64,000 nt of DNA, from positions 1,376,001 through 1,440,000 of the forward strand of contig CBDFKD010000002.1 in assembly GCA_965248695.1 (NCBI GenBank), written 5' to 3'. The first letter of the stretch is position 1, and each line of letters opens with the position of its first letter. Shown here one piece after another: positions 1 to 9,196 of this stretch. Under the pieces are notes generated by a model, which did no database searches, was not told the DNA's origin, and saw nothing but the letters and a program-made list of their open reading frames with translations. Source of the DNA: Acidobacteriota bacterium. GTDB lineage: Bacteria > Acidobacteriota > UBA890 > WLXD01. The position numbers and the translations under genes are program-made.

Positions 1-1508
1 CAGAGCGACTCTTCGGTGCTGGCATCGAGGGCGTAGAAGTTGCCCTCGTTGGAGCCCCCGAACACCAGCCCGCCGGCGGTGGCCATTACCCCGGCCCAGG
101 GGGGCGTCAACAGCGGGAACTCCCAGCGCAGCTCGCCGTCGCGCACGTCGAGAGCCCTGACGAAGCCGGCGGCGTCATCGCCGCTGAGCGCCTGCTCACC
201 GCCGCCCATGAACGGCATGCCGGGCTCGTATTCCGCCTCACCCTTGAAGTAGACGGAGCCCATGTGACGCACTGCCACGTAGAAGAGCTCCGTGAGCGGG
301 CTGTAGCTGGGGCTGAACCAGTTGGTGGCACCCTGAAGGCTGGGCCAAACCAGCGTCCCTTCCTCGGTGGGCTCGGTGTCGGGGATTACGATCGGACGTC
401 CGGCCTCGTCGAGACCTTCGGCCCAGGTCTGCTTGGAGTACGCGCTGCCGTGCAGGAACTCTCCGGTCTCGCGATCGAGCACGTAGTAGAAGGCGTTGCG
501 GTTGGCCATCGCCACCAGCTTCCGCACCTCCCCGCCCCACTCCAGATCCATCAGCACCGGAATCTCGTTGGAGTCCCAGTCGTGCGTGTCGTGGGGAGTG
601 AACTGGAAGTGCCAGCGGATCTCGCCGGTGTCGGCATCGAGCGCCAGCAGCGAGCAAGTGTAGAGGTTGTCGCCGGGGCGATCGTCGCCGTTCCAGTCGG
701 GAGCCGGGTTGCCGATTCCCCAGTACAGTAGGTTGAGCTCGGGGTCGTAGGAGCCGGTCAGCCAGGTCGAGCCGCCGCCGGTCTTCCAACTGTCGCCGCC
801 CCAGGTCTCGCTGCCCGGCTCGCCCGCCGCCGGCACCGTGTGGGTGCGCCACAGCAACGAGCCGTCTTCGGTGGAATAGGCATCGATGAAGCCGCGAATG
901 CCGGCCTCAGCGCCGCTCACGCCGATGATCACCTTCCCGTCGATAGCCAGCGGCGCCGCGGTGACCGAGAAGCCGAGATCGTTGTCGGCAACTACCGAGC
1001 TCCAGCGCTCGACTCCGGAGGCAGCGTCGAGGGCCACGGTGCGCCCATCGAGCGTGCCTACGAAGACGGTCTCGTCGAGGATCCCCACCCCACGATTCAC
1101 CGCCGGGAAGCCGATGTGCTTCACCTCGGCGGGGATGTTAGGCCGCCAGCGCCAGATGCGACGGCCGGTGCGCACGTCGAGCGCCGTGACCGTGCTCGGC
1201 GGCTCGGTCAGGTACATGACGTCGTCGACCACCAGCGGCGTCGCTTCCACCAGCCCCGGATCGGTCTGATAGGCCCAGATGGACTTCAGCTCGCCGACGT
1301 TCGCCGGCGTGATCTCGGTCGACGGCGAGAAGCGCTAGGTGCCCGAGTAGGTGAGCCAGTTGTGCGACTCCTCGGCGGCACGCTTCAACCGGTCGAAGGA
1401 CACCTCCTGCGCCGCCGACGGTGCGACCGTCAACAGCTGCGCCGCCGCTACGAGCAGGGCAGCTCCTCTGAAGTGGACCGCCGAGCTTCTAGAAACGCAC
1501 CACATCAT
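1..1508 (-). pseudogene. PQQ-dependent dehydrogenase (alcohol/methanol dehydrogenase-like quinoprotein); one in-frame TAG at 1335-1337; 3' end runs off the window
   Basis: Manual translation from ATG 1508 (overlaps the cytochrome c stop): signal peptide, NWLTYSGT*RFSP..ITPANV, EATPLVVD, VNRGV, GGGSTWLTGSYDPELNLLYWGIGNPAP, FQFTPHDTHDWD, ANRNAFYYVLDRETG. Not in the ORF track because it has no stop inside the window. Confidence 0.85.
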
Positions 1509-2341
1509 CGCGAACCTCGCAGCGTGGAGAGATAGGCAACAAGATCGTCGATCTCCGCCTCCGAGAGCTGGTCGCGGTAACTCTGCATGAGGCTCTCGTC
1601 GAAGTGCTTCTCGAGGCTCCGAAGGCCGGGCTTGTAGAACGAGTGCAGCTGGCCTCCAATATCGCGCACCTGGAGGCTGTAGGAGTCCTCGTTAATCCGC
1701 ATGCCGACCACTTCGCGGCCATCGCCGTCGACCACGCGAACGACCAGATAGTCGACGAAATCGGCGCCGATCTCGGTGAGCCCGCGAGGCAACGTCGCCT
1801 CCGGATCGAGGATGGCCTGGCGTATGTAGGGCACCCCACGGCGAGCGCCGACGGTACTGAGATCAGGGCCCCGGTTGGTACCGAACCCACCCACAGTGTG
1901 GCAGCTGCCACAGCCGCCAGTCCCCTCGAAGATTTCCCGGCCCCTGGCGGAATCGCCGCGCAAGTCGTCGGCCGCCGCAACCGTCGGTGCTAACGATCGG
2001 ACGTAGGCCGCCAGGGCGGCGCAATCCGCCGCGCTCAGCCACCAGGTCGACCCCATGGCGGTGCCAGGGATTCCGCCGATGATCATTGCGATCAATGCCT
2101 CGTCGTCCGGTGCCCGTGGCAGCTCGTGCCGTGCAAGGCTCGGTCCCTCCCCGCCGCCTCCGGTCATCCCGTGGCAGCGGGCGCAGTAGGCGCCGTAGAG
2201 CGGCCGGCCCTTCGACTCGGCGGCGGGCGACTCCGACGCCTGGGTCTCCTGTAGCTGAGCCTCCTGCGGCTGGGTTTCTTGTGCCAGCGCCGATGCGGCC
2301 ACCAAGCACAATGCAATCAGCACGGGAACACGTCGCTGCAT
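1505..2341 (-). CDS. Exported dihaem c-type cytochrome, probable electron acceptor of the PQQ dehydrogenase
   Basis: Signal peptide from ATG 2341 (MQRRVPVLIALCLVAASALA); two CxxCH motifs (CARCH, CGSCH); GPDLS motif; overlaps the quinoprotein start. Confidence 0.85.
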   Translation of the reverse strand: MQRRVPVLIALCLVAASALAQETQPQEAQLQETQASESPAAESKGRPLYGAYCARCHGMTGGGGEGPSLARHELPRAPDDEALIAMIIGGIPGTAMGSTWWLSAADCAALAAYVRSLAPTVAAADDLRGDSARGREIFEGTGGCGSCHTVGGFGTNRGPDLSTVGARRGVPYIRQAILDPEATLPRGLTEIGADFVDYLVVRVVDGDGREVVGMRINEDSYSLQVRDIGGQLHSFYKPGLRSLEKHFDESLMQSYRDQLSEAEIDDLVAYLSTLRGSR

Positions 2342-2402
2342 GGTCGATCCTACGGTCGCTTGTGGGCTAGTGGAGAACGGCCATGACCTTAGCTCACGCC
2401 CG

Positions 2403-2885
2403 TCAGCCGATCGAGCTTGGCCGCAGAGTCGCCTCCGGCGATGGAAACGGAGCCTTGAAAGTGAACGCGGCACCGGTCGGGCCTTGCTCGCAAAGGCGGT
2501 CGAGCGCTTCGCGCGCCTCGACGGCGGCCGGAATGTGCCCGGCGGGAACCCACCACAGAACGCTTGTGGGGCCCTCCATCTCCTCGAACCACTCTTGGCG
2601 CCGGCGGAGTGGCTCGGTATGGCCACTGCGGTAGACGTACTCGCGCAACGACTCCATCGACGTCCATACCGACATGTTGATGATCAGTCGCTCATCCTCG
2701 AAAGCGCGCACCGCCGTGGCGTTGCCTTCCTCGCCCTGCAGCCGCCAAACGAAGCCGGGGGCCTGATCCGCGATGGCATTGATCGGTTCCAGCCGGTCGA
2801 CGAAGCCCTGCATGAGCCGGTCTTCCAGGGGCGCCCGCATGCGCGCGACGTTCACTTGCGCCAGGTGATATCGAGGCTCCGACAT
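2403..2885 (-). CDS. DUF3291 family protein
   Basis: YHLAQVNVARM...INAIADQAPGFVWRLQ...NMSVW...LWWVPAGHIP..EA..RL...GPT..AFTF signature. Confidence 0.85.
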   Translation of the reverse strand: MSEPRYHLAQVNVARMRAPLEDRLMQGFVDRLEPINAIADQAPGFVWRLQGEEGNATAVRAFEDERLIINMSVWTSMESLREYVYRSGHTEPLRRRQEWFEEMEGPTSVLWWVPAGHIPAAVEAREALDRLCEQGPTGAAFTFKAPFPSPEATLRPSSIG

Positions 2886-3039
2886 GGCGACATGTTCCAC
2901 GCGTCGGGGTTGCGCGACAAGTCCATGGCAGCGACACAGGGGCACGGACGGCTGTCGAAGTTGCGGTCAGCGGCGGCCATCCGCGGCCGGCAACGCCAAC
3001 GCACTTGCGCGCGCGCCTACACATCGAGAGCATCATCAC

Positions 3040-3675
3040 ATGAGCCGTCGCCGACCCTGTCTGTTGCCAATCATGGCAGCCATCTTCTTGGTTGCCAGCC
3101 CGAAGGCCAGCGCTGACACCATCCATCTGAAGAACGGTCGCGTGATCCACACTGCGCTCGCACGTGTCGCGGGCGGAGAAGTGATCTTCACGCAGTACGG
3201 TGGGCGGCAGACCATCCCGCTCGCCATCGTCGAGCGCGTCGTCAGCGACCAGCGCGTCGGCCCAGCGCCGATCGCGCGCTCCGGGCCGATTGAAGAACGC
3301 CTCCGACGCGGGCCAACGAACCCTTCGGTCGAGGCTCCAGCGACGGCGGCCTCCCACCCGCTGCCGGACGGGATCGCCGGCCTGATCGCGCCTCAGTCGA
3401 TCAGTGCTCTCTCCGGGCTGCTTGGCGTCGACAGCGGTGCCGTCTCCGGGTTACTCGGCAGCATTGGCACCGAGATCGAGGGCCTCGATCGCCTGCTCCC
3501 GGTGCTACCGCGGCTGATCGCGGCATTCCAGCGGCCGCTCGAGTCGAACAACGGGGAGCCTGCGATGCTCGACGAGCTACTTGGCGCACTCTCGCAGCTC
3601 GGTGTAACTCGGGCCGACATCGCCGCCCGGGCACGGGAGTACGGCCTGCCGGAAGAGTGGCTCGAGCGTTTCTGA
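3040..3675 (+). CDS. Hypothetical exported protein
   Basis: Signal peptide ending ASA followed by DTIHLKNGRVI, a common N-terminal motif of exported hypotheticals. Confidence 0.6.
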   Translation: MSRRRPCLLPIMAAIFLVASPKASADTIHLKNGRVIHTALARVAGGEVIFTQYGGRQTIPLAIVERVVSDQRVGPAPIARSGPIEERLRRGPTNPSVEAPATAASHPLPDGIAGLIAPQSISALSGLLGVDSGAVSGLLGSIGTEIEGLDRLLPVLPRLIAAFQRPLESNNGEPAMLDELLGALSQLGVTRADIAARAREYGLPEEWLERF

Positions 3676-3742
3676 CCACACAGGATCGGTCGCTGCGAGC
3701 ATGAGCTCCTCCAGGGTTGCTAGTGCTGCGCCCCACACGCCA

Positions 3743-4324
3743 CTACTTAACTAGCTCGCGCTCCCAGGCGGCACCAATGTGCCGCAAGATCGCCGGATAG
3801 ATCAGGCGCCGGCGGAAGGGGTCGATGAGGCGCATGTACCATCGCGTGATTCCGCCGACCGGAAGCACGTAGATCGCCCAGTAGAGTCGGTATCCCTGAT
3901 CCCGCTCCACCAGCGCGAAGACGGAGAATGCGTGCACCGTAGCGTTACGGATCTCCCCGACGCTCTCGCTCGGTAGGGCGTAGAGTACTCGGCCAGGCCC
4001 CTCCGGAGTGCCGGGCTCGATCAGCGACGCCCGTCGGTCAGCCGCGGTCAGCCGCCGAAGATACGTCGACTCGGCCGGGTCGCTGATGCCGCGGTCCCAC
4101 CGGAACAGGCGGCCGAGCTGTCGCCGCAACCAGAAGAAGAAGCCGACCACGGGACTGGCGCCGGAGAGCTGCCGCATCGACACGGCGGAACGCAGGTCCT
4201 GCAGCGTGCGACCCGGCCCCCCGCCATGCAGCTCGACACTCCAGACGTCATGCAGCGGGACATCCTCGAGCAGGCTGTGGGCGCGCAGCGGCAGCCGAGC
4301 GTAGTCGGCCGGGTCGGCACGCAT
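3743..4324 (-). CDS. DUF2867-like protein
   Basis: DVPLHDVW...LRRQLGRLFRWD...EIRNATVH...YMRLIDPFRRRLIYPA pattern. Confidence 0.7.
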   Translation of the reverse strand: MRADPADYARLPLRAHSLLEDVPLHDVWSVELHGGGPGRTLQDLRSAVSMRQLSGASPVVGFFFWLRRQLGRLFRWDRGISDPAESTYLRRLTAADRRASLIEPGTPEGPGRVLYALPSESVGEIRNATVHAFSVFALVERDQGYRLYWAIYVLPVGGITRWYMRLIDPFRRRLIYPAILRHIGAAWERELVK

Positions 4325-4339
4325 GTGATTACGGGCGAC

Positions 4340-4654
4340 TCAGAGGGCGTTGATGGTCCAGGCGATGATCAGCCCGACGGCGGCCACCATGAGGATAACC
4401 GCCACCCGCCGCTGCCGAGCCTGACGCCACTCGCCCTGCGCTTGCCGGTCGAGGTAGTAGCGCTGTTCCGTGGTCGGCAAAAGCACACCCTGACTCACCA
4501 GCCTCCTCACCAGGTGTGATTCGCGGATGCCCAGATCCGCGAACGACATCGCCATATCGGGGCTGGCGGCGCCATGCGACTCGAAGGCGGCGAAGATCTG
4601 CCTGAGCTTCACTGCCACGATCAGCGGAACCATTGGCGCTGCTATGTTGGTCAT
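4340..4654 (-). CDS. Small protein with a C-terminal membrane anchor
   Basis: 104-aa ORF, possible winged-helix-like core (LVRRLVSQGVL...RYYLD), hydrophobic C-terminus. Confidence 0.55.
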   Translation of the reverse strand: MTNIAAPMVPLIVAVKLRQIFAAFESHGAASPDMAMSFADLGIRESHLVRRLVSQGVLLPTTEQRYYLDRQAQGEWRQARQRRVAVILMVAAVGLIIAWTINAL

Positions 4655-4703
4655 GAGCTCATTCTAGTGTCCGTTTTCCTCGACCGTCCAGCACAGGAAA
4701 TCG

Positions 4704-5312
4704 TCAATAACGGCTGATCAACGTGAACCCCAGGCCCAGCTCCAAGACGCCCTCCTCCACCACGGCATCGGTGGCCCGAAGATCGGCGATTGCGAGCAGG
4801 TCGGTGACCTCCGAGCCGGCCAGCGCATCGTCCAGCATCCGCGCCACGTCCACATCGTAGGAGCTCGGGATCTTGCTCTTCAGAAGCGCCAACGCCGCCA
4901 GGGCGACCACATTGCCGTCCGGCGCCGTCACCTGGATGTTGCGCAGACCAACGGTGCCGCCGTCGGCAACCGGGGACGCGGTGGCCAGCACCTCGAAGTT
5001 GGTGCTCGGGCCACGGCACTCACCAAGCAGGCGTTTCGCCTCGCTCCAATACAGCTTGGCACGGATGCTAATCACCCCGTCGGCCAGTTCCACAGAGTGG
5101 TTCTGCACGATGCCGTAGCCGCAATCGCTCGGCTCCTTGAGGTACCAGCGGCCCTCCTGGTTGAACACCGTGCGCGTCAGCAGCGCTTGAATTGCCGCCT
5201 CGGTCACCTTGAGTCGGCCGGGAACGGCCTGTGGCGAAGCGCCGGCAGTCGCCTGGGAGCCGACGAGCATGAGGACGACGAGGATCAGAGCTCTCGTGCG
5301 CGAGGGGTTCAC
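4704..5312 (-). CDS. Hypothetical exported protein
   Basis: 202-aa ORF with a signal peptide and beta-rich body. Confidence 0.6.
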   Translation of the reverse strand: MNPSRTRALILVVLMLVGSQATAGASPQAVPGRLKVTEAAIQALLTRTVFNQEGRWYLKEPSDCGYGIVQNHSVELADGVISIRAKLYWSEAKRLLGECRGPSTNFEVLATASPVADGGTVGLRNIQVTAPDGNVVALAALALLKSKIPSSYDVDVARMLDDALAGSEVTDLLAIADLRATDAVVEEGVLELGLGFTLISRY

Positions 5313-5494
5313 GGGCCTTCATCTCCTGTCGATGAGCGTGGTTGTTCGCAGATCCTAACGCCTTGGCGTCCAGGCTACGCGCCACGACATGGCTTCGAAG
5401 ACCACTACGTGGCGGCGCGATCTTGTAAGCTCTCGCTCGGTGACCGCCACTGCAACCGCGCAGCGACGGGTACACGCCGGAGGTGGGCCCGAGC

Positions 5495-6802
5495 GTGGAT
5501 CTCGTTCTCGTCGCGCTAACAGTCATCCTGGTAGTTCTGAACGGCTTCTTCGTGGCAGCCGAGTTCGCGCTCGTGAAGCTGCGACCGGGTCGACTGGGCG
5601 AGGCCGCGGCGCGCGACAGCCTCCTGGTCAGGACGGCCCTGTGGCTCTTCGACCGCATGGACCGGTCGCTGTCGGCCTGTCAGCTTGGTATCACGATGGC
5701 GTCGCTGGGGCTCGGCTGGGTCGGCGAGCCGGCGATCGCCCGGTTGCTGGAGCCCTGGCTGCACGAGGTCGGCATTACCTCGACAACCGTGCTGCATACC
5801 ACCTCGTTCACGATTGCCTTCAGCGTCATCACGGCCTTGCACCTTGTCATCGGCGAGCAGGCACCGAAGATCTTCGCGATCCGGCGACCGGAGCAGATGG
5901 CCGTGTGGTGCGCACTTCCGCTGAAGGCCTTCTACGTCGTCGCCTATCCGTTCTTGGTCGCCCTCGATTCCGTCACGTCGCTCCTTCTCCGGTGGCTCGG
6001 CGTAGAGGGCGGTGCGGAGCACGACGAGCTACACAGCGAAGAGGAGATCCGTCGGCTGGTGAGCCACGCGCACGCGCATGGTCAGCTCACCAAGGCCGAG
6101 CATCGGCTCATCGACGCGGTGTTCGAATTCGACGAGATCACCTGCCGGCAGGTCATGGTGCCGCGGCGTGAGATCGCCTATGTCGACGTTGAAGATCCCA
6201 TCGGCGAGGTGATCCGCAAGGTGCAGATCACCAAGCATGGGCGCTACCCGGTGTGTCGCGGGTCACTGGACGAGCTAGTCGGGGTGCTCCATACGCGCGA
6301 CCTCCCCGGAATCCCCGCCGACAGCGACATCAGGGTGGAATCGCTGATGCGACCACCGCGCTTCGTGCCCGATACTCTGCGGATCGCACGGCTGCTGCGA
6401 GTATTCCAGGCAACCCGGCAGCACATGGCGTTCGTGCTCGACGAGTTCGGCACGGTCTCCGGTCTGGTCACTCTAGAGAACGTGCTGGAGCAAATCGTCG
6501 GCCCGGTGCAAGACGAATTCGATCAAGAGGAGCCCGACGTCGTGCCCGACGGACCCGGTCGGTTCCTGGTGCAGGGTGGGACGCTATTGCAGGTGGTAAA
6601 TCGATGGACCGGGCTGCAGTTGCGCTCGGCGTCCGCCGATACGCTAGCCGGGCTGCTGCGGGAGAAACTGCTTCGCGTCGTCGACGGTGGCGACATGGTC
6701 GATTTCGAAGGCGCCACGGCGGAGGTGATCGAGGTACAGAAAGGCCGCGCCCGCGTGGTGCGCTTGAGCCTTTCGCCTGACTCTGAGGCGGACGCCGAGT
6801 AG
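5495..6802 (+). CDS. CNNM/HlyC-CorC family (hemolysin-like) CBS-domain transporter
   Basis: LNGFFVAAEFALV, QLGIT.ASLGLGWVGEPA, GEQAPK, VMVPR, CBS pair, DEFGTVSGLVTLE, CorC tail; start 5483 or 5495. Confidence 0.92.
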   Translation: MDLVLVALTVILVVLNGFFVAAEFALVKLRPGRLGEAAARDSLLVRTALWLFDRMDRSLSACQLGITMASLGLGWVGEPAIARLLEPWLHEVGITSTTVLHTTSFTIAFSVITALHLVIGEQAPKIFAIRRPEQMAVWCALPLKAFYVVAYPFLVALDSVTSLLLRWLGVEGGAEHDELHSEEEIRRLVSHAHAHGQLTKAEHRLIDAVFEFDEITCRQVMVPRREIAYVDVEDPIGEVIRKVQITKHGRYPVCRGSLDELVGVLHTRDLPGIPADSDIRVESLMRPPRFVPDTLRIARLLRVFQATRQHMAFVLDEFGTVSGLVTLENVLEQIVGPVQDEFDQEEPDVVPDGPGRFLVQGGTLLQVVNRWTGLQLRSASADTLAGLLREKLLRVVDGGDMVDFEGATAEVIEVQKGRARVVRLSLSPDSEADAE

Positions 6803-6821
6803 CTGCGACGGCGACCCGAGC

Positions 6822-7415
6822 TCAGGTTGAAGGCTCTCCGTAGCGCAGGTGCAGGGTCGTAACGCCGCCATCGGCACCTCGGATCACGACGTAGAGCCGA
6901 TCGAACTCCGTGGCGTCGTCGATCGGCTCTCCCGGATCACCGCCCAGCAGCTCGACGAGCTGCGGTGTCGTGTTGCTGTGGCCGACGACAACAGTGCGTC
7001 CCGCCCGGCGGCCGAGATCTGCCGCAAGCTCGGAGAGGGCGCGCGGATCGTAGATCTCCACCTCCAGGCCGAGGCGCGCGGCGAGAGGCTCGGATGTCTC
7101 GCGGGTGCGGTGATAGTCGGAGCTCAGGACGGCGGTGATGGGGTCGGCCGCAAGCAGATCCGCAAGCTGGGCGGCGCGCGCGGTACCCGCGACGCTGAGG
7201 TGCGGATCAGGCTCGGGTTCCGCGGCGTCGGCACGCTCGGCGTGACGTAGCACATAGACGACAGAATCCGACCCGGTCGTTTGCGGCGCTGCGATCCAAC
7301 CCGCGCCCATCAACAGCACCAGCGACACAGCGGGGAGCAACCTCCCGATTCGGCTTGCTTGTCGATCAAACATCCTATGCACCTTCCGAGGTGTCGGGCG
7401 CCGAGGGGCCGACAA
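6822..7415 (-). CDS. Histidine phosphatase (phosphoglycerate mutase/SixA) family, exported
   Basis: RHAE motif, SSDYHRTRET, VVGHSNT; true start may lie downstream. Confidence 0.85.
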   Translation of the reverse strand: MSAPRRPTPRKVHRMFDRQASRIGRLLPAVSLVLLMGAGWIAAPQTTGSDSVVYVLRHAERADAAEPEPDPHLSVAGTARAAQLADLLAADPITAVLSSDYHRTRETSEPLAARLGLEVEIYDPRALSELAADLGRRAGRTVVVGHSNTTPQLVELLGGDPGEPIDDATEFDRLYVVIRGADGGVTTLHLRYGEPST

Positions 7416-7422
7416 CGGCGCG

Positions 7423-8175
7423 TCAGGGTCGCAGAACAGCGTTCTTCAACACCCCGACCCCCTCGATCTCGATCTCCACGACATCGCCGTTGTGCATCGC
7501 GTGCGTGCTTCCCGGCGTCCCAGTGAAAATAACGTCGCCCGGCAGAAGCGTCGCGTAGCTGCTGATAAAGCTGACTATCCCATGGACACCGCAGACAAGG
7601 TCGCTGGTGCTCTGCGCTTGACACACCTCGCCGTTGACGCGCGTCTGCAGATCGAGGTTGTCGTAGTCGAGGTCGGTGGCGATTACGGGGCCGATGGGGC
7701 CGAAGGTGTCGCAGCCCTTGGCGCGAAACCACTGCAGGTCGTCGCGCTGCCAGTCACGCTCGCTGACGTCGTTGCCCGCAGTGACCCCGAAGACGTACTC
7801 GCCCGCAGCGGCCACCGAGACATTACGAGCACGGCGTCCGATGACAACGACCAGCTCGCCCTCGAAATGTGTATTGGCAGCATCGGCAGGAAGCACGATC
7901 GGATCGCCCGGTCCGACGATCGAGGTGGGCAGCTTGATGAAGATCCCCGGCGGATCCGGCAGCGGGCGGCCATCCAGATGGCTGCGGTAGTTCAAACCCA
8001 CCGCCAGAACCTTCGATGGCTCGCACGGGGCCAGTAGCCGCGCTTCCGATACGGCCACGGTCTTGCCGGTCGATTCGGGCGCCTCAAAGGGGGGCCCGGC
8101 GAGCTCCTCGATCACTTCGTCGCGGAGGACCCCGTAGGCAATCGTGTCACCGTGGCTGAAACGGACGTATCTCAA
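7423..8175 (-). CDS. Fumarylacetoacetate hydrolase family protein
   Basis: KVLAVGLNY, HFEGELVVVIG, NDVSERDWQ, AKGCDTFGP, TLLPGDVIFTGTP. Confidence 0.92.
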   Translation of the reverse strand: MRYVRFSHGDTIAYGVLRDEVIEELAGPPFEAPESTGKTVAVSEARLLAPCEPSKVLAVGLNYRSHLDGRPLPDPPGIFIKLPTSIVGPGDPIVLPADAANTHFEGELVVVIGRRARNVSVAAAGEYVFGVTAGNDVSERDWQRDDLQWFRAKGCDTFGPIGPVIATDLDYDNLDLQTRVNGEVCQAQSTSDLVCGVHGIVSFISSYATLLPGDVIFTGTPGSTHAMHNGDVVEIEIEGVGVLKNAVLRP

Positions 8176-8274
8176 GAGCGACCTCCTGGCTGCGCGTCAG
8201 AGTAGCGCATCGAGACGACAGGAAACGCGTGTTCGGAAGGCGCCGCTGACCGCGCGTAGCGGCTCCCGCCGCCG

Positions 8275-9126
8275 TCAACTCCCCTCGCGCGCCACCGTAT
8301 TGCGCAGGACGCCGACGCCGGTGACCTCGACCTCGACCACGTCCCCCGGCTGCATCGCCTGAGTGCTACCCGGCGTGCCCGTGAAGATGAGATCGCCGGG
8401 CAAGAGGGTCACGTACCGGCTAATGTAGCTGACGATCTCGTCGACTCCAAACAGCAGGTCGGTGGAGCTCTCGGATTGGCGCAACTCGCCGTTCACTCGC
8501 GTTTGCACCAGCAGGTCGTTGTAGTCGAGCCCGGTGACGATCGCTGGACCCACGGGCCCGAAACCATCGGCGGCCTTGGCGCGGAACCATTGCAGATCGT
8601 CGCGCTGCCAGTCGCGCTCGCTGACGTCGTTACCAGCAGTCACCCCGAAGATGAACTCCCGTGCCTGTTCCGGGGCCACGTTGCGGGCTTCCTTGCCGAT
8701 CACCACGACCAGCTCGCCCTCGTAGTGCACGTTGTTGGCGTCGGCGGGGATCACGATCGCCGCATCCGGCCCGATGATCGAGGTCGGCAGTTTGGCAAAC
8801 AACCCTGGGTACTCGGATGGTGCCGCACCGCCCAGATGGCTGAGGTAGTTCAACCCGACGGCGATCACCTTCGTCGGCTCGCTCGGCGCCAGCAACGTGA
8901 CGTCGGCAAGCGGGACGTCGACTCCGGTCGGCCGCGGAGAATCGTAGGGCGCACCGTCGAGCTGCTGGATCAGGTCGCCGACAACCACCCCGTAGGCCAC
9001 AGTGCCCTGGTGGCTGTAGCGAACGAATCGCTGCGATTCTCCCTGCGCCAGCGCACCCCGAGTAGACGACAACGCCAACATGCCGGCGGCAATCGCCAGG
9101 CCGACCAAGAGTCTCCTTCCGTTCAT
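8275..9126 (-). CDS. Fumarylacetoacetate hydrolase family protein with a signal peptide (tandem paralog)
   Basis: Same motifs as 7423-8175 plus N-terminal MNGRRLLVGLAIAAGMLALSSTRGALA; RBS GGAGGG upstream of ATG 9126. Confidence 0.9.
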   Translation of the reverse strand: MNGRRLLVGLAIAAGMLALSSTRGALAQGESQRFVRYSHQGTVAYGVVVGDLIQQLDGAPYDSPRPTGVDVPLADVTLLAPSEPTKVIAVGLNYLSHLGGAAPSEYPGLFAKLPTSIIGPDAAIVIPADANNVHYEGELVVVIGKEARNVAPEQAREFIFGVTAGNDVSERDWQRDDLQWFRAKAADGFGPVGPAIVTGLDYNDLLVQTRVNGELRQSESSTDLLFGVDEIVSYISRYVTLLPGDLIFTGTPGSTQAMQPGDVVEVEVTGVGVLRNTVAREGS

Positions 9127-9196
9127 CAGCTCTCCCTCCACCAAAGCAACTCCACACGACCGCCGCGATCCGCAGGCTGGAAGACCGCGATGCCGG

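Noticed and set aside
1335-1337. Pyrrolysine or amber read-through in the PQQ dehydrogenase
   Set aside because: The stop coincides with missing codons relative to the family pattern, no pyl genes are visible, and TAG is a normal stop for other genes here.
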